Assembly: GCA_973895155.1 (NCBI GenBank)
Contig: OZ316893.1
Span: 20,402,857-20,466,856 of the forward strand
Direction: 5' to 3'
Length of the DNA stretch: 64,000 nucleotides
DNA from: Marsupella aquatica
Taxonomy: Eukaryota; Plantae; Marchantiophyta
Position 1 is the stretch's first letter; every line of letters starts with the position of its first letter. A model generated the notes under the pieces. It had not been told where the DNA came from. It ran no database searches and saw only the letters and a program-made list of their open reading frames with translations. Made by a program: the position numbers and the translations under genes. Shown in pieces: positions 39,542-50,259 of this stretch.

Positions 39542-41761
39542 TATAGAGCTCCAACCAGGTATGGACAATGGGCAAATTCTTGGGCAGATTCATCTAAACT
39601 AGATGATGTTGATATTGCGCCTGACGATGATCATATGGCTTTGATCTTGGAAGAAGGAGAGTCTTCTTCGTATCATGAGGCAAGTGCTTCAAAGCATAAG
39701 CAGGACTGGACTGTAGCAATGCAAATGGAGATGCAGTCATTGAAGGACAACAAAACTTGGGAGTTGGTCAAGCTTCCTAAAGGCCGGCAAGTAGTGGACA
39801 GCAAGTGGATTTACAAGCTAAAGGATCAATCCACAGGAGGTGGATCGAAAGTCTACAAGGCTAGATTGGTAGCCAAGGGATTCACACAAGAGAAAAGTGT
39901 GGATTACAATGAGGTCTTCTCACTAGTTGCTAAGTACTCTACAATACGGCTATTGCGCGTACTTGTTGTTTTATTTGGTCTGTTGCTAGAGCAGATGGAT
40001 GTTGTCACAACTTTCCTCTATGGCACCTTGGAAGAGGTGATCTTCATGAGATAGTCGCTAGTTTTGTGAAGAAAGGGCAAGAGGATTTGGTTTGTAGATT
40101 GTTGACATCCTTGTACGGGTTGAAGCAGTCACCAAGGCAGTGGAAAAAGCGGTTTGACGATTGGATCCATACACAGGGTTTTTACAGGAGTGTATTTGAT
40201 CCTTATGTGTATCTTAAACCGGTGAAGAATGTTGTCTTTGGTTTCATTGTTTTAGCACTTTATGTGGATGACATGCTTATTGCGGCCAAAGATAGATCTG
40301 AGATTGTTAAGCTCAAGGCACTACTCAGTGCAGAGTCTAAGATGAAGGACTTAGGGCCAGCTAAAAAGATTTTGGGTATGGAAATCACTAGGGACTTGGA
40401 GGCTGGTAAGCTATGGTTGACGGAGAGCAGTTATGCAAGGAAGATAATTGCAAGATTCAACATGAGGGATAGCAAGCCAGTTAGTACCCGTTGGCTCCAC
40501 ACTTCAAGTTGTCATCAGCTTTCTGTCCTACAGATGAGAGAGAGAATGGGCTAATGTCAAAGGTTCCTTATGACAAGGCAGACAGAGGGGAGTCTCATGT
40601 ATTTGATGACTTGCACTAGACCTGATCTTGCCATGGCTATGGGCAAGGTGAGCAGGCGGGTGAGCAGGTACATGTCGAATCCAGAGAAGGGTACACTAGG
40701 AAGTAGTGAAGTGGATTTTTTGGTACTTGAAGGGTACCGTGGATCATGGTCTTGTGCTTGATGCACATGCTGATAATGCGAGATCATTGATGGGATATGT
40801 AGATGCTGACTATGCACAGGATTTGGATCAGAGAAGGTCAACAACCGGGTTTGTGTTCACACTTGGCGGTGGATGCATAAGTTAGAGGTCTACTTAGTTT
40901 GCATAAGTGTATTGCTTAGTTTACTACAGAAGTTGAGTATGTTGCAACAACGGAAGCAGCGAAGAAAGCTATTTGGTTGGATAGACTGATCACTGAGATG
41001 GGAGTGCCACAAGGGAATGTAAAGCTCCATTATGATAGTCAGAGTGCTCTTCACTTTGCTATGAACCAAGTGATGGACAGTATCTGAGTTAAGCACATCG
41101 ATGTCAGGTGCCATTTTATCAGGCAGGGTGTGTCTGATAATCAGTTTGAGCTAGTCAAGATTGACGGTAAACTCAACTCGGCTGACGCATTTACAAAAGT
41201 GATTCATTTGGAGATTTCCGCAAGACACCGTGCTACTTTGTAGGTTTTGCAATTGAAGCACAAGTAGAGCTACTTAGCAATTTTTGTGATTTATTGTATA
41301 TGGATTCCTTGATCCTGTTAGGCTATGGCTTAGTTCTAGTTAACCTTTAGTTAACCCATGGTGGTTTTTAGGGGGAGACCTATTTAGGTGATTGTCTAGA
41401 ATTTCTCGCTGAGGATACCATATGGTAGCAATTAGTCCAGTCCCCAAGACTAGAGTCAAGGGAGAGTTTTGCTGAGTATTACTCTTAGTCTTGTGACTCT
41501 AGAGCTAACCATAGTTAGGCTAACTCAGATTAGGACTTAGCTGAGGTTAGCAATGATGCATGTTGTATATAACCAGGGCTGATGCCAGCCCTTGGTGGAT
41601 CTTTAGCTCATTGTTGGAGTGGAGCAAGAGAGAAGTAAAGGTCTCTTGCTTTCCCAGGGACGTAGCCTCAATCGTGAGGTGAACCACGTACTCGGTGTGT
41701 TGACTACTTTGTATGGTGGTCACATGTGCATGGTGTCTTGGGATAAGGATTATCCCCAACA
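39542..41761 (+). mobile_element. pol: Copia-1, right piece: decayed RT-RNaseH, PPT and 3' LTR
   Basis: YKARLVAKGFTQ, SLYGLKQSPRQW, LYVDDML, TRPDLA with several stops and frameshifts; PPT AAGGGAGAG at ~41458-41466. Related to Copia-2. Confidence 0.92.
41470..41761 (+). repeat. 3' LTR of Copia-1 (~292 bp)
   Basis: TGCTG...CCCAACA directly after the PPT; shares GGACGTAGCCTCAA...GAGGTGAACCACGTA with the Copia-2 LTR. Confidence 0.75.
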
Positions 41762-43847
41762 TGGAGTACATGAAATTCAGATTGGAATATGTGACACGGG
41801 TAACGTGTCACTTAACGGAACCCAGGTCATAGATTAGGCCTTATACGGGCATTAGGACCATAACCATAGCGTAGAATAGCACGTGTAGCCGTTTGTTGCC
41901 ATTATGAATAGATTAGGAGTAGGTTAAAATGACCGAATAATTACGAGTTCAGGAAGAGGATTTTTACGCCCGACCGAGGTACGGTGGCGGAGTAAAAATC
42001 AGTTAGAAGAATCACGCTTGGACCGAGGTGCCGACTTCAGCTCGTTATCAATGACCAAAACGGCCTGGCCTTCTCACGCTCGGGCTCATCCTGGCACCTC
42101 CATAAGAGAGGAGCCGATGGTGCTCTTTACAAGGAGATTATCAAGGGAGAAGAGCGGAATGTGGCGAGATTTAGTCAGGACGAGCGAGGCCTCCACGAGA
42201 AAGAGGACCAGCCGGGTGGGAACGTGGACTCAACGAACCGGACTACGAGGTTAGTATGACCTTCACAGCCTTGGGATTTTGGACCTTGTTTGGCGAGGTT
42301 GGTGCTAAGTTCTCCAAGACTTACTGGTACTCTTGTCCCGAGAAAGCCGCTTACGAACGAAGATACGCGAAGCTGGTAACCAAGGTAGCACTGGTTAATT
42401 GCGAAAGGACAGCCATCACCAAGGATTCCAGCTACAACGAGCTGCAAGACTACATCACCGAGCTATATCTCAGCGAGGAAGGGCTTAGATCGGTAGCTGA
42501 GGCGATTCTTGAGGTTCCAGCGAAGTTCTTTAAGCTAAAGGGCAGCCAGCGGCTTACACAAGCGGAGTTTGACAAGATTCCAGGGTACCTAGACCAGCAG
42601 ATCGCAACCAAAAAGTGCCAAGAAGACATCAGCAAACAACGGGAAGCGGCGCGTAATCTTACATTTTTTGGGGAAAGCTCCAACGCCTTCAACTGGGATA
42701 TGGCTACCCCGATACCACCAGTGCCTCAGCCGATGACCACCGGCGTACCGCCAAACCGGTCCCAAGTCCGTCCAGTAATCAACACAGAGTGTTCTTCGGG
42801 TTCCGAGCAAGCTAGTCCGCAACTCGAACAGCGTCCTCGTAAGCGGCCAAGGACTACGACGGCCCCCGAATCAACAACGCGGACCAACGCCGCGCCTGCA
42901 CCTGCCCCGGTAAACCCCCCGACCAACCAGACCCGACGGCCCCCGGATAACCCAAAGTCCAACTTATTACAGGTAATCCGCGTCCCCGAAGTAGTTTGGA
43001 TCGCGATCAAGAAACTCGAACATGCGGACTATCTAAAGGAGCATCAGTTGGAGCAGTTCGCTCACTTGCTTTGGAGGCCGTGTGCCGCCGGGCCGAAGGA
43101 GATTTGTGAGGTCATCTCCAATTTTGACATTGACGCATCGACCACCAAGGTTTCGGGGCAGGCCTTATCACTCACGGAGCATCAGTTAACGCAAATCTTC
43201 TGCCTACCCACCGGCCCAGTGCCAGTGGAAATCCGAATTTGGGATAAGGAGTATATGCCGCGGCACTTCAAACCCGAGGGTAAGACGGACAACGGATACA
43301 AGCAGGGGGCGTGCACCAACTTAACCTGTATGGAGCGGCTTAACTTCATACGGACTACCCTACACATGATTGAGCCACGATCCGAGATTTCCCTCTACAC
43401 GATCGTGCAGGTGGAACAGTATAAGCGATGAAACTGGGCCCAATTCTTCTATCGAAGATTCTCGGGGGAGCTAAAGCGGGCTCAGGGTGGTATGGCTATT
43501 GGGGGGAAGACTTATGTGACACGCGCAACGTGTCACTTGACCGAACCCAGGTCGAAGATTAGGACTTATACGGTCATAAGGACCGTAGCCATAGCATAGA
43601 ATAGCACGTATAGCCGCCAAGTTGCCATTATGATTAGATTAGGAGTAGGTTAAGATAACCAAATAATTGCGAGTTCAGGAAAGGGATTATTACGCACGAC
43701 CGAGGTACGGTGGCGGCAGCGGAGTAAAAATCAGTTAGAAGAATCACGCTTGGACCGAGACGCCGACTTCAGCTCGTTATCAATGACCAAACGGCCTGAC
43801 CTTCTCATGCTCGGGCTCGTCCTGGCACCCCCATAAGAGAGGAGCCG

Positions 43848-46376
43848 ATGGCACTGCGGGCCATTCGCTCACGTTTACCTTTTTGGAATTCACGGACGTT
43901 GCCATCCGCTCGCCTTTTTGATTGAATCCAGTCGACCTTTACGAGGAAATTATCGAGGGAGAAGAGCGGAATGTGGCAAGATTTAGTTCAGGACGAGCGA
44001 GGCCTCCGCAAAAAAGGACCAGCCAGGTGGGAACGTGGATGCAACGAACCGGACTACGAGGTTAGTATGACCCTCACAACCTTGGGATTTTGGACCTTGT
44101 TTGGCGAGGTAGGTGCTAAGTTCTCCGAGACTTACTGGTACTCTTGCCCCGAGAAAGCCGCTTACGAACGAAGGTACGCAAAGCTGGTAACCAAGGTAGC
44201 ACTGGTTAATTGCGAAAGGACAGCCATCACCAGGGATTCTAGCTATAACGAGCTGCGAGACTACATCACCGAACTATATCTCAGCGAGGAAGGGCTTAGA
44301 TCGGTAGCAGAGGCGATTCTTGAGGTTCCAGCTAAGTTCTTTAAGCTGAAGGGCAACCAGCGGCTTACTCAAGCGAAGTTCGATAAGATTCCGAGGTACC
44401 TAGACCAGCAGATCGCAGCCGAAAAGCGCCAAGAAGACATCAGCAGACAACGGGAAGCGGCGCGTAATCTCACGTTCCTCGAGGAATGCTCCAACGCCTT
44501 CAACTGGGATATGGCTACCCCAGCGCCTCAACCGATGACCACCGGAGTACCGCCGAACCAGTCCCAAGTCCGTCCAGTAATCAACGCGGAGTGTTCTTCG
44601 GGTTCCGAGCGAGCTAGTCCGCAACTCGAACAGCGTCCTCGTAAGCGGTCAAGGACTACGACGGCCCCCAAATCAACACGGACCGACGCCGCGCCTGCAC
44701 CTGCCCCAGCAAACCCCCCGACAAACCAGACCCGACGGCCCCCGAATAACCCGAAGTCCAACTTATTATAGGTAATCCGCGTCCCTGAGGTAGTCTGGAT
44801 CACGATCAAGAAACTCGAACATGCGGACTATCTCAAGGAGCATCAGTTGGAGCGGTTCGCCCACTTACTATGGAGGCCGTGCGCCGCCGGGCCGAAGGAG
44901 ATTTGTGAGTTCATCTCCAATTTCGACACTGATGCGTTGACCACCAAGGTTTCGGGGCAGACCTTATCACTCACAGAGCATCGGTTAACGCAAATTTTCG
45001 GCCTACCAACCGGGCCGGTGCCGGTGGAAATTCGAATTCGGGATAAGGAGTATACGCCGGGGCACTTCAAACCCGAGGGTAAGACGGACAATGGATACAA
45101 GCAGGGGGCGTGCACCAACTTAACCTGTATGGAGCGGCTTAACTTCATACGGACTACCCTACACATGATTGAGCCACGATCCGAGATTTCCCTCTGCACG
45201 ATCGTGCAGGTGGAACAGTACAAACGACGAAACTGGGCCCAATTCTTCTACCGAAGATTCTCGGGGGAGCTGAAGCGGGCTCAGGGTGGTATGGCTATTG
45301 GAGGGAAGACTTACTTGGGAAGTCATATCGCCATTATCCTCGCCTGGTACAAGGCACGGCGGGAGGCCAGAGGAAAGAATACGGCCACCTCAGCCCCGGG
45401 TAATGTCACCCCCGCCCCAGAGGAGGCAACCCCGACTACGCGGACTACTGTCCCTCGGACAAACCCCGAGCCGGAAGCCCCGACTAATACTCCGCAACCG
45501 CCCCCTGTGGAAATTCCACCGCCTCCTTCCATTGAGCCTCCGCTACCTGCAGTACAACCACCCCCAATCCCTCCACCACCTGAAGAAACCTTCCCCTCCC
45601 CAGCGCTGACTACGGAGGAGCTCATTGCCCCTGCCGAGGAACCATCGGTACCCGAGAGGATGGAGGACTACCAAGTAGCTCCGGGGACCATGGCCTACGA
45701 CCTGGTCCAGAAGTTTAGCCAGACTATGTCTGGGGAGTTGGCGACATACATCGGACAACAAGTCTCGGCGTACTTTCAGCCAGCCTTCTTCATGTTAGAG
45801 CACCAACCACGGATCGTCAGCTGCTTGGAAGAAGAACTCATGGCGAAGGGGAATGAGATCGAGCATCTCCAGATGCTGGTAGATCACCTCGAGGAGGAGG
45901 CAACGACCCGCCGCGAGGATTTAGTCCGCACTGTCGAACAGAGGGACGGACTAACCCAGGAGTTAAGCGGAGCGCAGGCCGAACTCAAGAAGCTGGACGA
46001 CACCGTGCTTCAATTACGCTCAGAATCTTCGGCTCGGGTTACCAGCCTGACCGACCTCAACAAACAATTCCTGCATGCAGCACAGCAGGTGGCTAGTCTC
46101 TCCGCCGAACGAGATAAATTGCTAGCGTAGGACCAGGTCCATCGCGACGCCCTCGACCAGCTCAACTTGGAGGTGGCGCGGCTCCAGACTGAAGCCGATG
46201 AAGCTGCAAACGAGGCGGAGGAAGCATTACGGGACAACAAGGCTTTGCAGGACCGCGTCACCCTGCTCGTCCTCCAGCGGGGAAACCTGGGCCCACCTCT
46301 GATCAAGGCGGCTCGAGGTCTCGCCCCGACAAGGGGACCAGCCCTGGTCCAACCACTGCACACACGTAAGGGGTAG
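43848..46376 (+). pseudogene. ~842-codon ORF inside the Gypsy-B LTR (helical N-domain, plant-transposon-protein-like domain, Pro-rich linker, coiled coil)
   Basis: ATG 43848 and track ORFs 43971, 44847 and 46167 are all in one frame, broken only by three point stops (TGA ~43923, TAG 44769, TAG 46128). The latter two are CAG in Gypsy-A. Confidence 0.85.
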
Positions 46377-47363
46377 TTAGCGAAGGGTAGAAGCAGGCGC
46401 CGTGCGAGGCGGTTAAGTCAGCGGCATCTTTTAGTTAGGTGTAACGACAGAATGACTGTCATTAGGCGCCGATTAGCGATAGTAGGAAGAATTAGGGCCG
46501 GTCAGTTAGGATCAGCCAATGTAGGATTGAGTCCATCAACGGACTAGAGTTTGTCAGTAGGCTTGGCCGCTGCCATTCCGGTTGGCACACTCGTCGTCGA
46601 CGGTCAACCGGTCAGTGCCGCGCGACCAGTAGTCAGCAGTTAGTTAGTCAGTAGGTAGTACCCCGGAAGGTAGTATCCTCCGGTTCTCTTCTGCTATGGT
46701 CGTATTTAGGCTTCCCCTTCCGCAATGGGAAGGGGGAGAAGGCTTAGTTATCTCAGCAGAAGAAAGGCGAGGCACGGGGAGTCCCGGCCTGAGTAGGGTC
46801 AGAGCGTACCAAGGAGTGAGAGCCAGAGTCGAGCTTGCTGGGCAAGTGCGAGGCAGGGCCTTGTAGAGACTGGGCATCGACTGCCGTTGGGCCTGCTGAC
46901 CCCCTTTGAAGTCGAGTCAACCATGTAAACTGATGCTTCGCTGAGTAAATGTAGTCTTTTCCCCCTAATGTTTCTGAGAGTAACTGGTGTTGTGTGTATG
47001 CTTTGTCCGGGCAAAGGCGCCATTTTAAGGGACGTACCGGGTGCGGACTAATGGTAGGGATTGCCACTCATTGCATGTCACAAGTTCTTGTCACGTCGAT
47101 GGCTTGAAAAGCCCCAAGTCGGGAGTTAGTCCGCGTCACTAATTGAGGGAAAATTCCAGCGGTGGAAAATAAATATACCTATGTCAAATTATGCGAGTGT
47201 TATACCAGTAAGTATAGCGGCTTAGCCCGACTTAGGGCTATTGAAGGTCACTACACACCTCCTTGCCCGAACCCTCACCCCTATTGGTGGTCGAGGTCGC
47301 ACCACGACACTAACCCGGATTTAAGGCCCAGGGTAGGGGTGCGACATACGGCGACCGGTTTTT

Positions 47364-47380
47364 TGGCGCTAGATGGAGGG
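47364..47380 (+). promoter_or_regulatory. Primer-binding site, tRNA-Asn-like (Gypsy-B)
   Basis: TGGCGCTAGATGGAGGG, one mismatch to the complement of the plant tRNA-Asn 3' end as I recall it (TGGCGCTAGAAGGAGGG). Identical copy at 52596-52612. Confidence 0.7.
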
Positions 47381-47460
47381 GGCACTCACTTTGCCTTACG
47401 AGTGGAGCCGTGTAGTGAGCTAGTTACTTTTGATTTTGTACTCGACGTGAAGGAAGGGGC

Positions 47461-50259
47461 ATGCCCCTTACCCGGTCACGTTCTGCGTATTTACAACAAT
47501 CGGATGGAGCATCACGGTTGGAAGAGAATACCGCGACCGGCGAAGCGGGGAGCTCGGCTTCCCAAGCAGGATCCCGTGTTGTGATGGGTACCCAAGCACC
47601 GATCGCGGGAGGAACTCCACGGTTCCACCAGCCCTGCAGGTACCAGGTGCATTGCGGCCCCCTGCGGCTCAGAACGTGTCACAGCGATCCCGGTTTCACT
47701 ATCGACCCTTTAAGGGACGACCCACAGACAACCCTGATGAATGGATAGCTGAGTTCGAGGCCACGGCCAAGGCGAATGGTGAGGAAGCCATTAAGCTAAC
47801 CACTCTTCCAGGCGTACTACGAGGAGAAGCGCGCCCGTGGTATAACTTACAACCCCCGGGTTGTACATGGGGCCAGTTCCAAACGGCGTTCTTGCAAGAA
47901 TTTCGGCCCGTCGGGATCGAATCTCAGGCCCTGTCAAAAATCGGGCGAATGCAAATGGGTAAGCATGACTCACTTCGCAAATTTCTGCAGCGGTTCCAGA
48001 AGGTTGCCGCCAAGATTCGGCCTAAGCCAGATGACTCTCTACTGAGGAAATGGTTCGTCAACGCGCTACCCCAGAGGATGGCGTTCTCAATGCTAGAAAA
48101 GAAGACCACCACTCTACAACAAGCAATTGATAGTGCCAAATCCTTCAAGGAATCGCACTATGCCTCTCAGCTTAATAGGAGGACCAAGCATAAGAAGAGC
48201 AGGAGGTATCATACCTTCAGCGACTCCGACTCTGAGTACGACGAGAAAAAAAGGAAGAAGAAACGACGACATAAGAAGAAGGGTCGGACCAGCTCTTCGT
48301 CAGACTCTGATTCAGAGTCTAGTGATTCCCTGTCCACTAGCCCGACGTTAACTGGCTCATCCTCCAGCGAGACCGAGTCAGAGTCTCGAGACCACAGAAG
48401 AAAGAAGGGATCACGGTCAGATACGGGTAAACATAAACCGTGAGCCAAAGTCGTCACCACGGACCTAAAGGTTGCGGAGGTAGAAAAGCTGAACGAAATC
48501 ACAGACCGGCTGAAGGCACTGTCGGTGCACTTGGCGGAAAAACCTCCGGACAAGAAGAAACCACCGGAAATCTGAGCGCATGCTTGGTGCTCCAAGTGTT
48601 ATCAGTCGGGACATGTGGTGCAAGAATGTCCAAGATGGAACACTCGCGTGCACCAGATGGAGTTGGAGCCCGGACAGTCCGAGCCAGAGGGATGCACGAT
48701 GGAGTAATTCTTCGAGGATCCAAGTGAGGCGGTGTTCCAGATGAGTATGACGGGACCTCGCACCCTAAGCGGCCACAATCCAGGGTTCCATACCCCTTAT
48801 CCATATCCGGTGAATGGGCGTGGCCCCCAGATAGTCAACAATCCAAGTATCCCACCTAAACCCGGAGTTTGGCGGACCCCGGTTTGCTATAATTGCGAGA
48901 AACCTGGTCACTTTGCCCGAGAGTGCACGGAGCAAAGGAAGCAAGGGGATGGGAGACCGCTTCCATTGTGCGAGGTCTGTCGAACCAAAGCACATTCCAC
49001 GTCAAACTGCCCCTTGGTGCTAGCCGCGAAGGCCGGCGCCGTCAGAGCTGCTCAACCTGCGGCCCCACCAATTACGGATGCAGTAGTACAAATGGTAACA
49101 ATGGAATGGCAGGACGACTCCACCAAATGGATCGATCTCATAGAGGCAGTCGAGCAAACAGGAACGCACGTGGACGACGAGTGCTATCGCGTTTCTACCC
49201 GATCATCCCGCAAGAAGAATAAGTACAAAGAACGAGATCGGAAGGATGCCCAGCAGAAAGAGGCGGTCGCAGATAAGAATAGTCCAATGGAACCAGACGA
49301 GCTGGAAGACTACCAGCGGGATAACCCGAAGTTATTCTACCCACGAGTAGAGGAACTGGTCAAAAAACAATTGGAAGCCTACGAAGCCCAAGAGCACGAG
49401 AAAGCCATTAAGAAGGATATTGCCGATGCTAAGGCGGCCGAAGAAGCCGAGAAAGCTGAGATTGCCTTGCAAACTGAAGTCAAGGGAGCAGAAGCAGTAA
49501 AATCTGCGACCCCACCGTCTAACCAATATGACATCAAAAAGGATGTTCAGAACTGTGCAGCCACAACCACTGTCGAACAACTATTGCAGGATAACCCGAA
49601 GTATCGGCAACAACTCAAAGAGATGCTGATAGGAAAGAGGAGGCGACGGCTACCTCGGGTAAGCACCTTAGCCGACTGTATGATGATTTACTAGGACTTA
49701 GGAGCGCCGGAAGTCTCTATCGAGATAGCGGGCTGTACTGTTCGGTTTGTACCGATAGACGGAGGGTCCGGTGTAAACATCATGACAGAGGACACTTCCG
49801 TAAGGTTGGGATATACATCTTATCAACCCACGGCGCGCACCATTCGGTTAGCAAACGGCGCCAGGATCATGCCACTGGGGACGTTAACCAAGATATCCAC
49901 GTGGATTGGAGGCCTCGAGTTCTTTCTAAATTACCTGGTGATGCGACCCGTCCAACCCTCTTCTTATCCAGTACTGCTGGGCAGACCCTGGTTATACGGT
50001 GCCCAAGTCGTTACTGACTGGGGAAGGAAGGAATTACGATTCGGTAACCCGACTACGACGGTGTCCTGGAAGGAAGAAGACTACCAGGGCGAGACGCCCC
50101 AGGGACCCGAAGAATATGACTCGGAGGAGGACATCTCAGAAGAAGAGGTGAATATGGTGGAGTTAATCTCTTGCCTGGATGAAGAGGAAGTCTTCGGGGT
50201 AAATGCCGTCCGAGAAGCCCATATTCTGAACCAGCCCAGACCAGCAGCCCAAATCGAAG
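47461..50259 (+). pseudogene. gag: Gypsy-B gag-protease, decayed and truncated before RT
   Basis: Capsid motifs PFKG..DNPDEWIAEFE, LRGEARPWY, TWGQFQTAFLQEF; three CCHC knuckles; protease PIDGGSGVNIM and LLGRPWL; stops plus one frameshift. Confidence 0.88.
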
